Shown here piece by piece: positions 18,115 through 28,479 of a DNA stretch of 64,000 nucleotides (positions are counted from its first letter, which is position 1; each line of letters begins with the position of its first letter). Source of the DNA: Thermodesulfobacteriota bacterium (lineage in GTDB: Bacteria; Desulfobacterota; Desulfarculia; JACQYL01). Below the pieces are notes generated by a model. The model had not been told where the DNA came from, ran no database searches, and saw only the letters and a list, made by a program, of their open reading frames with translations. The stretch spans positions 288,001-352,000 of the forward strand of contig CAXXLZ010000002.1 in assembly GCA_963675595.2 (NCBI GenBank), read 5' to 3'. Position numbers and translations under genes: made by a program.

Positions 18115-20607
18115 CTAAAACTCTTCAGGCGGTGTGGGATAGAAGCTGATATTGAAGTAGGAGTACTCGTCGCACACCAGTTCTCTCGCATAGTGCGCCT
18201 GCTGCGGGCCTATGTCTTTGGGCCAGTCGTATTTGTAATCCGTGATGGCGTCGCATATCGCCTGTCCACGCAACTCGTAGGCTCTGCCCGGTACCTCAGA
18301 GTTGCCGAATTCACCAATGAAGGGGATGGGCCCCCCTTTGAAGCTCGCGGTCCAGTACTTGTCTTCCTGGCTGTAGGTGAACTGCGTGATTTCATCCGCA
18401 TTGGGGCTCAGAATCCCAGTAACGTGAATCTTCGTGTCTCCGCGCACCGCGTCGAAGCTGAAACCGTTACCGTCCATGTTTCCCGCGGTGTGCCACATGG
18501 AGTAACGTATGTTGTAGGTACCCATGGCGATGTGCCAGTCCTCTTCCGGCACGGAAGTGTCGCCGGGCACCCGTGTGTGGTGTACATCCAACTCCAGTGA
18601 GTAGCTTTGCGGGATGGGGATCACGGGTTCCGATTGCGCGCAGGGGCCGTCCCCGCCCTCTGGAGCCAATCCTCCGAGAGCGGCGTACGTCGGTGTCGGT
18701 CCGCACAATTCGTTGGACGACTCAATGAAAGGAGGGAATTGTTTCCACTCTCCTTGGGGCCTCACAAAAGTGCAGTCGGACTCGAAGAGGCCCATAAGAC
18801 ATTGACATCCGGTTCTTTGCCCATTCTTGTATTCCGTATAACTGCAGAGCCAGCTCAATCGACCGCCGGCCAACAGCTCCGTCACAATCTGTTCAAACGT
18901 GTATCCGGCTCGTAAAAAGCCGAATATGATGTACAGAAGGGTGCGCGACTCGGTCAATTCCGCGCCCGAAATACTGCAAAGACTTCTGGCTTGCGCGAGA
19001 TAATCATCTAGACCGTCTTGCGGCGACAAAAGGGGTGCCAGTGTTCGCGGCGTAAGCCGTTTCTCGTCGGCGCCGTTCGGGCCTCCGGCGCTCGCCACAA
19101 TGCCGTCCACCGACAGCCGCCCCGTCATGGCCGCATCGACCACTTCCCACAATTCGTAGCCCCGATCCACGGCGCGCACCACGGCGTCGAACCCGTCTTC
19201 CTCACCCATGCTGTTCCGGACTCTGTCGACAACAGCCTCTAGTTCATAAAGACTGAAGAACCGTGTCGCCCACATGTAGTAATTGGCGAGATCCCCGTGA
19301 GGGGCCACCAAAACATATACATACCAGCCGCCGGAAGGCACATCCAGAATCAGGAGATCCGGCAGCGCCGACTCCTCGACGACCTCGGTCACATTCGACT
19401 TCCAGGGGACCAAGCCGTCCTGATGCAGAAAACCGATTTGTCCGCCCGGCTTGATGAGAATAATACTGTTCGGATCAAGAGCGGGGCACAGCAAACCGAA
19501 ATAGATGTCCACCGGTCCGGCGAACGCGCCCAGCGCCGCCTTCAGGATAAAATCGTATCCACCCTCAGCCACGCTCCCGAAACCCACCGGCTTCGCGTGC
19601 AGGGGATCCGAGTTCACCACCGGGGAAGCACCCGCCTCATAGGGAATAATGATCTGTCCGACGGGCAAAGGCATTTTCGCCGGCTGCGCCGCATCAAACT
19701 GCGCCGTAACATTGATGTCGCTCTGCATTTGTACTAGACAGTCGCCCGTGCCCGAGCACCCGCCCCCGGTCCAACCGGTAAATACGGACGTCGCATCGGG
19801 AACGGCGCTCAGCGTCACCGTGCCTCCCTGGTTGAAGGACGCCGTGCAGGTCGTTCCACAGTTGATCCCGGAGGGCGAACTCTGAACCAGGCCCGTGCCG
19901 GACCCCGCCTTGGTCACGGTCAACAAATGCTGCGACGGCTGCGAGGAAGAACTGGCGCAAACATTGTCGAACAGGACCACGGTTCCGGCGTTCTGAGCAA
20001 ACAACCAAAATGTATCGATGTTGCCGGGGGCCGCATAGCTGAAATCCCCCGAAAAATAGACGGCGGTGTCGGATTTGTTCACCCTAAGGACCACTCGGTC
20101 CCCACGATAGGCGACCCCGACGGAGGTAACCGCGGCCGGTAGGGTCCACTCCTCCGATTGATGCCAAGTCTGTGCCGGGACATCCCAGGCCAGCAACCTT
20201 GCCTTTCCCAGGTTCGGATAGACGATGGCGCCCACGCCGGACACGTCATGGCCCGCCACATCGAAATACACCCCCGAAGAAGTATAGGGAAAGATCCCGT
20301 AACCGGCATAAAGGTCCGACCCGGCCACCCATTCCACGTCCACGTCCACGGAGAACAGGCCGGGAGGGCTGAAGTCGGTTTTGTAGCTTCCCATGCTCCC
20401 GGCTGCGGTGATCGAGGCCTGAACCCTTCCGGTTTGCACGGTCCATGACCCGGAATTTACCGTCCAAACCTTACCGGAGCCTCCGGAAAAGCCTTCGTTC
20501 AGATAGGCACAGGAGGCTTCCTCGGCATGACAGTTGGTGAGAACGGTGAAAAGAAGGACGGCGGCAAACAAGAAAACGGAGAAGATTCTTTGTGGAGCGG
20601 CGATCAT
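18115..20607 (-). CDS. Secreted modular protein with a divergent InlB B-repeat (Flg_new_2-like) domain
   Basis: N-terminal signal peptide; LTVTKAGSGTG...CGTTC...VTLSA...FTGWTGGGC...VTAQF repeat; Cys-rich C-terminal part. Confidence 0.7.
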   Translation of the reverse strand: MIAAPQRIFSVFLFAAVLLFTVLTNCHAEEASCAYLNEGFSGGSGKVWTVNSGSWTVQTGRVQASITAAGSMGSYKTDFSPPGLFSVDVDVEWVAGSDLYAGYGIFPYTSSGVYFDVAGHDVSGVGAIVYPNLGKARLLAWDVPAQTWHQSEEWTLPAAVTSVGVAYRGDRVVLRVNKSDTAVYFSGDFSYAAPGNIDTFWLFAQNAGTVVLFDNVCASSSSQPSQHLLTVTKAGSGTGLVQSSPSGINCGTTCTASFNQGGTVTLSAVPDATSVFTGWTGGGCSGTGDCLVQMQSDINVTAQFDAAQPAKMPLPVGQIIIPYEAGASPVVNSDPLHAKPVGFGSVAEGGYDFILKAALGAFAGPVDIYFGLLCPALDPNSIILIKPGGQIGFLHQDGLVPWKSNVTEVVEESALPDLLILDVPSGGWYVYVLVAPHGDLANYYMWATRFFSLYELEAVVDRVRNSMGEEDGFDAVVRAVDRGYELWEVVDAAMTGRLSVDGIVASAGGPNGADEKRLTPRTLAPLLSPQDGLDDYLAQARSLCSISGAELTESRTLLYIIFGFLRAGYTFEQIVTELLAGGRLSWLCSYTEYKNGQRTGCQCLMGLFESDCTFVRPQGEWKQFPPFIESSNELCGPTPTYAALGGLAPEGGDGPCAQSEPVIPIPQSYSLELDVHHTRVPGDTSVPEEDWHIAMGTYNIRYSMWHTAGNMDGNGFSFDAVRGDTKIHVTGILSPNADEITQFTYSQEDKYWTASFKGGPIPFIGEFGNSEVPGRAYELRGQAICDAITDYKYDWPKDIGPQQAHYARELVCDEYSYFNISFYPTPPEEF

Positions 20608-21229
20608 CGTTTTCTCCTCGCTTCCGGCAAACCGGAATCATGTGATTTTCACGGGAGCGGATCACTCGTATCGTCGGCGCGGGGATGTTGACCGATCTGG
20701 TCAGTCGCTCTTATACCTGCTGCTTAACTTTTCTTCACTTTTCTTTGTAATACACTTTCGTTCGCTTTCCAATGCTTTTTTCCACGGAGATCAGCGAGGA
20801 GACGAGCGCAGGCCCCCAGACAAAAAAACAGGGGGCTCCGTCGCTGATTACACGATGAATCCTCCCATCATGCCGCGATAAGGGCAAATCCCTCATGACT
20901 GGACGATCTTCAGGGCGCTTCCATCCGGGAAAGATTGAACGAGAGGATGTCCAAGGCTGGAGAACGAAGTGCGGTTATCCGGGAACGGACTTAATTCCGG
21001 AGTTTTCACAGTGTTACTGTCGGGAGGGCAACCCGGAACCGGGCATGTTCAAGCGTGGCGGTAACACGGGAAAATTCGTGAGAGGAACCCGAACCTATGG
21101 GCCGGAAGTGGGCATTCTTTGCTGAAAATACTTCGCGCTTGGCATTGAGGCGACCTTGAAGAATCGCCGGAAAAATTCCAACTACCTGATGTTACACCGG
21201 CCCCACACTCTTCAACGTCCGCTCTAACC

Positions 21230-22594
21230 TCAATCCTCGGCGGCCAGATCGTACTTCTTCAGCTTGCGCCACAGGGACACCCGGTCGATGCCCAGAACCT
21301 GGGCGGCGCGGGTCTGGTTTCCCCCGCTTTCGGTAAGCACATACTGGATATATTCCCGTTCCCTGTCCTGGAGCGTGGGCAGGGCTCCGGATCGTGTGCG
21401 GATGGCGCGGAAGCGGATGGACTTGAGGTCTTCGGGCAGGTCTCTGGCATCCAGGTAATCGCCCGTGGCCAGGGTTACGGCTCGCTCGATGATGTTTTCC
21501 AATTCCCGCACGTTGCCGGGAAAGGGATAGTTCATCAGAATGTCCATCATTTCGTCGGTAATGCCGGCGATATGCTTGTCCTGCTTTTTCGCGTGCTTCT
21601 GCAGAAAATGGCGGGCGAGGAGCGGAATGTCGTCCTTTCGTTCCGCGAGGGGTGGAATGTAGAGGGTCACCACGTTGAGCCGATAATACAGGTCGGATCG
21701 AAACTCACCGGAACCCACCATCTCCTTCAAATCCCTGTTGGTGGCCGCCACAACCCGAACGTCCACGGACACCGGGTCCGTTCCTCCCACGCGAAGCACG
21801 GCTTTTTCCTGAAGTACCCTGAGGAGACGAATCTGCATGGACTGGGGCATATCCCCCACTTCGTCGAGGAACACGGTCCCCCCGTCCGCCGCTTCGAACA
21901 AACCCGTTTTCATGCTTGTGGCGCCGGTGAAGGCGTCCTTCTCATGGCCGAACAACTCGTTGGCCAAAAGCTCCTCCGAAAAGGCCGCGCAGTTGAAGGC
22001 CACGAAACGGTTCTCCGACCGCTGGCTGGCATGGTGAACCGCTCGTGCCACCAGTTCTTTGCCCGTTCCGGTTTCCCCCATGATCAGCACGCTGCAGTCC
22101 GTGGGCGCCACCCTGCGGATGGTTTCGATCAACTGCTCGAGCTTGGGACTCTTGCCCACGATGAAGGGAATCCCCTCGGCGGCCTTCAGGTCCTTCTTGA
22201 GCCGGTCCACTTCGTCGCGCAGTTGCTTCTTTTCCAGGGCCTGCGAGGCCAGAGCGCGCACCTCGTCGATCTTGTAGGGCTTGGGTACGTAATGAAACGC
22301 ACCCCTCTTCATGGCCTCGATGGCGGAATTCACCGTGGCATACCCCGTAATCATGATGACTTCCGTGCCGGGATGGTCTTCCCTGACCTTACGCAAGACC
22401 TCCATGCCGTCCACCTTTTCCATGCGCAGGTCCGTGAGCACGAGATCGTAAGGCTTCTTTTCCAGCATCTTGAGGGCTTCCACCCCTCCTCCCACCGTAT
22501 CGATACGCACGTCGAGCTTGGAGAGAATCCTGGCCAGATTGTTCCTGGCCGTATCCTCGTCTTCCACGATGAGCAGTCGTTGCGGTTTGGCCAT
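21230..22594 (-). CDS. Sigma54-dependent response regulator (NtrC/AtoC/ZraR family)
   Basis: REC (VEDE, LTDLRM, KP), GETGTGKE, ELFGHEKDAFTGA, FLDE, FPGNVREL, C-terminal Fis HTH. Confidence 0.95.
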   Translation of the reverse strand: MAKPQRLLIVEDEDTARNNLARILSKLDVRIDTVGGGVEALKMLEKKPYDLVLTDLRMEKVDGMEVLRKVREDHPGTEVIMITGYATVNSAIEAMKRGAFHYVPKPYKIDEVRALASQALEKKQLRDEVDRLKKDLKAAEGIPFIVGKSPKLEQLIETIRRVAPTDCSVLIMGETGTGKELVARAVHHASQRSENRFVAFNCAAFSEELLANELFGHEKDAFTGATSMKTGLFEAADGGTVFLDEVGDMPQSMQIRLLRVLQEKAVLRVGGTDPVSVDVRVVAATNRDLKEMVGSGEFRSDLYYRLNVVTLYIPPLAERKDDIPLLARHFLQKHAKKQDKHIAGITDEMMDILMNYPFPGNVRELENIIERAVTLATGDYLDARDLPEDLKSIRFRAIRTRSGALPTLQDREREYIQYVLTESGGNQTRAAQVLGIDRVSLWRKLKKYDLAAED

Positions 22595-22595
22595 G

Positions 22596-24032
<1,437 letters not shown>

Positions 24033-24067
24033 GGCGCTCCGCCCGTGAGGCTCTCAAGCCCTCTCGT

Positions 24068-25876
24068 CTAAAAGCCGTAAAATATGGCGATGGTTCCGAT
24101 GGTGACTGCGATGAAGATCACACTCATGATCATCCCGGCTTTCATGAAATCCACACTCCGGTACCGTCCCGGACCCATATAAAGGGCGTTGACCTGGTGC
24201 GTGGGCAACATGAAGGAATTGGACGTGGCCACTCCCACGATCAAAGCGGCCATGCGGGGATCGGCCCCCGCTCCGATGGCCATGTTGACCACCAGCGGCA
24301 CCAACAGCACCGTGGCCCCCACGTTGGAGATCACCAAGGTGAACAGGGTGGACAAGCCCGCGATGACCGTAAACAGTATGATGGGGGATACATCGCCAAT
24401 GAGGGTGAGCACCTTGCTGGCAATGTAGGCGGCCGTGCCGGACTGCTCCGTGGCGATTCCCAACGGGATCAGTCCTCCAAGCAGGAATATGGTTCTCCAG
24501 TCCACGGAATGGTAGGCTTCATCAATGGTCAGCACTTTGAAAAGCACCATCAGCAAGGCGCCGGCCATCAAGCACACGGACAGCTTCAGCCCGCTGAAGA
24601 TTACCAGGGAAATCGCCACGGCGAAAGCCAAGGACGCCCAAATGGCTTTCCGTGGCTGCAGCACTTCCGCATCCACCGGATGCGTGAATATGAAATTGTG
24701 CCGATCCCTGAGAATTTTGAATCGCTCCCAGGTTCCATGCATGAGGATGGCGTCGCCGGGATTGAGATCAATCCCGGATAGTCCCGCGTAGTATATCTTG
24801 TCCTCGCGGTACAGAGCCAGGGGCGTCACCTGGTAGGTGGGGCGGAAGTGTACTTCGTCCATGGTCTTGCCCACCAGTTCCGATCGAGGGGCCACGATGG
24901 CCTCCACGATTCCGGCCATGTCCGAAGACAGATCGTTCTTGAAGACCTCCAGTTCGGGCTTGACTTCCACACCGCACTCGGAAACCAGGGCCTGGACCAT
25001 TTCCGGGCGACCGAAAACCACGAAGACATTCCCGGGTTCGATCTTGGTACCGAGGGGAGGAGGAATCAGTTTGGTCTTACCGCCGTCGGGCGTCAGGGCC
25101 ACGGTATGCACCAGAAATTGCTGGCGAAGATGTCGGATATCCGGCTCCATGGTGCTGTTCGCCGGCATGACGAGTTCAAAGAGACGGCCCAGCTTGCTGT
25201 AGGACAGCGACACGTCGAACTGGGAGCCTTTTCCTTGAGCGTCTTCCTTTTTTGCCGGAAGCACAAGATTCCCGAAGACGATGAAGTACAAAATACCGCT
25301 CGCCACCAGGGCCAAACCCACGGGAGTGACGTCGAAAAGATTGAAGGGGGTCAGCTTATATGGAACGAGCAGGTCGTTGAGCAAGATCAAGGGGCTGGAT
25401 CCCACGAGGGTCACCGTTCCGCCGAGGATGGCGGAAAACCCTACGGGCATGAGAACCCTGGAAATCGGTATCCCGGTCTGCCTGCAGATTCTCTGGATTG
25501 CCGGCAGGAAAAGGGCGGCGGCGCCGATGTTCTGCATAAAACTCGATATAATGGCCACGGTCAGACAGAGCATGGCTACGATTCGGGTCTGACTGTTCCC
25601 CGCAATTTTCATCACCGGGGAAACCAATCGATTAATCAGGCCCGTCTTGTCCAATCCCGCGCCGACTATAATGACCGCAATGATGGAAACCACCGCGTTG
25701 CTGCTCAGGCCCACAAAGGCTTGCTGACCGGTCACCAGTCCCAATATGGGCAAGGCCACCATCATAATGATGGCCACCACGTCCACCCGAACCCATTCCA
25801 CAATGAAGAGGAAGACCGCGAGAGCGATCATCCCCATGACCAAAATCATGTCCATCGTCAACTCGGGACCGTTCAT
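24068..25876 (-). CDS. SLC13/DASS-family anion permease with TrkA-C domains
   Basis: EWVRVD, SSFMQNIGA, GGTVTLVGSSP, TrkA-C (RSELVGKT), ISNVGA, PTHQVN. Confidence 0.88.
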   Translation of the reverse strand: MNGPELTMDMILVMGMIALAVFLFIVEWVRVDVVAIIMMVALPILGLVTGQQAFVGLSSNAVVSIIAVIIVGAGLDKTGLINRLVSPVMKIAGNSQTRIVAMLCLTVAIISSFMQNIGAAALFLPAIQRICRQTGIPISRVLMPVGFSAILGGTVTLVGSSPLILLNDLLVPYKLTPFNLFDVTPVGLALVASGILYFIVFGNLVLPAKKEDAQGKGSQFDVSLSYSKLGRLFELVMPANSTMEPDIRHLRQQFLVHTVALTPDGGKTKLIPPPLGTKIEPGNVFVVFGRPEMVQALVSECGVEVKPELEVFKNDLSSDMAGIVEAIVAPRSELVGKTMDEVHFRPTYQVTPLALYREDKIYYAGLSGIDLNPGDAILMHGTWERFKILRDRHNFIFTHPVDAEVLQPRKAIWASLAFAVAISLVIFSGLKLSVCLMAGALLMVLFKVLTIDEAYHSVDWRTIFLLGGLIPLGIATEQSGTAAYIASKVLTLIGDVSPIILFTVIAGLSTLFTLVISNVGATVLLVPLVVNMAIGAGADPRMAALIVGVATSNSFMLPTHQVNALYMGPGRYRSVDFMKAGMIMSVIFIAVTIGTIAIFYGF

Positions 25877-26253
25877 GCATCAGCCTCCTTATCCGGTCTC
25901 ATCGGGCCGTATCGGCCCTCACATATTCCACATCCATACTCATATTCAGCGTGTCATCGCCGCTCGGGCATGTGCAATTCTTCCCAAATGAACGCCTTGT
26001 TCCGATCACCTCATACACTTTTCCCAATGGGCCGGTCCCACATAAAAGACACGGAACTCGGCTTGCGTCTCTCAATGAAACGGGAGTGACGGCACGGAAC
26101 CCGGAGGGGAAGGGAAAGGCGTATTCCTGCGTGATCGGAAAGACACTCGATCGTCGGCTCCAATAGAGAAGCCGGGTGGGAAACCCCATGCGCCCGCGGC
26201 AAAGGAAGAGCCGGTCTGAATAGTCATCTAAAAGAGTCCTTCCATCAAGCCTC

Positions 26254-27108
26254 TCATGCACAAGGCGGCAGGTCCCCGTCACACACAACCACCTCGGACA
26301 GACCCGGTATGTTTTTTACCGCCTCGTGAATTCGATCGGCGCTGTCCTCTCGGATCTGGTCCTGCACTGCGGAATCCACTTTGGGCACTACATAGGAGGA
26401 CGATCTGATTTTTCGGGAATGCACCTTTACGTAGACCACGCCTTCACAGACTTTGACATCCGCCCGGCAGAAGGGACGTATCCTCGCTTTCACGAGGTTT
26501 GTTAAGGCCAGTTCGGAGATTCTCCGTTCGGATTCGGCCGTGGTCCGGAACGAACCAAGTCGTGAGGCGTAACAGATCAAATCGCAGGCATGCTCCAGCT
26601 TCATCTTGCCCACGTTGACCACCAGGTCATACAGCAACGGGTCCTGGAGGTTTCGCTTATACAGATACTGGGTCCAACGATAGCGTTCCGAGTCTTCCTT
26701 CTCGATTCGCTCCGCGGCCTGGGCGTGAGTGATGCCCTCTTTGGACATCATAAACGCGATTCGTTGATCCATGTCCGCGACGACCCGCACTTTGAGTACA
26801 TGGGAGACGTCGGGAAGCATGAAATGCCCCGCGTTACCATGATACACCACGTTGTCGTTCTTGACCCGGTCCAGGAGAGCGGCCTGAATACAATCAAAGT
26901 AGTATTCCCGGTCGTACTGAAGTCTTTTTAATATGGAAGGGGCATCGTGCAGCGACTTGAAAAGCTCCCGCTCGGGAACCAGGAAAAGGTTGGAGGCATC
27001 GATGAGTACCTCCCGGCTGATGCACTCGTAGCCGAGTTCCTCGGCGACCATTTCCGCAAGTTCTTTACCGTGGCTGTAGCAGCCTCGGGAGATGGTGATT
27101 ATGGCCAT
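26254..27108 (-). CDS. Cytidylate-kinase-like family protein
   Basis: IITISRGCYSHGKELAE, VVYHGNAGHF, LKVRVVA, DPLLYDLVVN. Confidence 0.8.
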   Translation of the reverse strand: MAIITISRGCYSHGKELAEMVAEELGYECISREVLIDASNLFLVPERELFKSLHDAPSILKRLQYDREYYFDCIQAALLDRVKNDNVVYHGNAGHFMLPDVSHVLKVRVVADMDQRIAFMMSKEGITHAQAAERIEKEDSERYRWTQYLYKRNLQDPLLYDLVVNVGKMKLEHACDLICYASRLGSFRTTAESERRISELALTNLVKARIRPFCRADVKVCEGVVYVKVHSRKIRSSSYVVPKVDSAVQDQIREDSADRIHEAVKNIPGLSEVVVCDGDLPPCA

Positions 27109-27307
27109 ATGCACGCTCGACGTGGAAATTCAGAAAGATGTTTCAACATGTACCACTCCTTAGAATCCGACACAACACCAGGAAACAATATTCTCGATCC
27201 GAGAAACCTCTCTTGCTCCTCCCCCTCCGGCCGATCAGACTCGGCGAACCATCGGTACACGGGTCGGGAGGGGAAGGCAAGGGGCCGGATCGAGTCGACT
27301 TATCCCA

Positions 27308-27880
27308 TCACGAGGCCAAGCAGAACACGGGAATGGCCGGAGCTCTTCCGTCTTCAAGGTGGGTGTCGGGCTCGGTCAGGACGAACTCGACCCTCTTGAA
27401 CTCGCGATTCACTTCCCGCATGCATCCGTCGACGCTTCCGAACTTCACCACGTGCCGCATCTGTACGCCCGCTTCTTCCGCTTTGTCTCTCAATTTGACG
27501 GCACCCTCGGAAGCCTTGGCTTCAAAGTTCTCTCGAAGTACGTCACGGAAAGGATCCACGGCTTTGGACGATTCGGCTTCTCCCAGGGGAAGACAGCTCA
27601 ATGCGATGATATCGTAAGACATCCGCTTGGCGAATCCCACGGCGTAGTCGGAGAGAGCGCTGGAAAAGCTCTCCTGGTTCCCCACCACCAGCACCTTGGG
27701 ACGTTCGGCGCTTTCACGGCGCATAACCTCCTTCGCTTCGGAATGCATCCCGGCTTCCGCGAAGGTGGCCGCCTCCGTGTACTGCTCCACCTGCTCTTCA
27801 AATGCCGCGTTCTTGCGACTCTTGACTACGAAGCCTTCTTTGTTCTTGCCGGAAAAAAGTCGTTTCACTCTCTCGATCAT
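27308..27880 (-). CDS. Hypothetical protein: AATFAEAG motif + USP-like fold
   Basis: GGGGGAGG RBS before ATG 27880; KVLVVG...YAVGFAKR...MRHVVKFG USP-like pattern. Confidence 0.7.
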   Translation of the reverse strand: MIERVKRLFSGKNKEGFVVKSRKNAAFEEQVEQYTEAATFAEAGMHSEAKEVMRRESAERPKVLVVGNQESFSSALSDYAVGFAKRMSYDIIALSCLPLGEAESSKAVDPFRDVLRENFEAKASEGAVKLRDKAEEAGVQMRHVVKFGSVDGCMREVNREFKRVEFVLTEPDTHLEDGRAPAIPVFCLAS

Positions 27881-27923
27881 GTTGGATCCTCCCCCTATCG
27901 TACTATTCAATTCAATTGTTCGC

Positions 27924-27971
27924 TCAGTCCGCTTTCAGATCACTCCGCTTTCAACTCAGTCCGCTTTCAGC
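27924..27971. repeat. Tandem repeat, 3 x 16 bp (TCASTCCGCTTTCARN)
   Basis: tcagtccgctttcaga / tcactccgctttcaac / tcagtccgctttcagc. Confidence 0.85.
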
Positions 27972-28126
27972 TCCACCCGCTTTTCACGCCGGACTTCTTT
28001 TCTGGCTTCCTTCCTCGGAGCTCTGCTTTCCTTCATCAAAGCCTCGGCCGTCTTATGGTCGTCGGCCTCGGCGAAGGCCGCAGCTGCAAACCAAGTTTCC
28101 AAAGTGGTTCTGATTTTTCCGCTCAT
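27956..28126 (-). CDS. 56-aa small protein with AAAFAEA motif (below ORF-track cutoff)
   Basis: MSGKIRTTLETWFAAAAFAEADDHKTAEALMKESRAPRKEARKEVRREKRVELKAD*; GGAGGA RBS; first gene after a sigma54 promoter. Confidence 0.75.
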   Translation of the reverse strand: MSGKIRTTLETWFAAAAFAEADDHKTAEALMKESRAPRKEARKEVRREKRVELKAD

Positions 28127-28162
28127 GTTGTCCTCCCAGGCGTCAGGTTTTGCTCTCTATAG

Positions 28163-28178
28163 ATCAAGGCCCGTGCCA
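28163..28178 (-). promoter_or_regulatory. Sigma54 -24/-12 promoter
   Basis: TGGCACGGGCCTTGAT on minus strand (consensus TGGCACG-N4-TTGCW, with GA at -12), 37 bp before ATG 28126. Confidence 0.7.
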
Positions 28179-28257
28179 CATTTTGAAACACTATCTATCT
28201 GTTTGATATAACTTCATTTATTGGCGAAACAGGGCGTCCCGGCAAAAAATCGCCTTT

Positions 28258-28363
28258 TGTTGCACACCGCAACACCCGCCCGATATAAAGCCATTATATA
28301 TTTTAATTACAATAGGTTATGGATTCGTTGTTGCTTCCTTCAACACTGTTACGGATTGCAACA
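28258..28363. promoter_or_regulatory. Three palindromic putative enhancer-binding sites TGTTGC-N5-GCAACA
   Basis: 28258-28274 TGTTGCacaccGCAACA; 28329-28345 TGTTGCttcctTCAACA; 28347-28363 TGTTACggattGCAACA. Confidence 0.65.
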
Positions 28364-28479
28364 ATTTCGGGAGAAAAGAGTGGGGGCTTGGCCGGTGTTC
28401 CGTGCCTGCCGACGTCGGGGATATTGTGAGTCCTTCGTTGGGGGTCTATAATGCGGGCCGACACTTAAGGAGGAACGGG

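Noticed and set aside
20875-20930. c-di-GMP-I riboswitch suggested by AGGGCAAA
   Set aside because: Lacks the GAAA tetraloop and GACGCAAAGC elements
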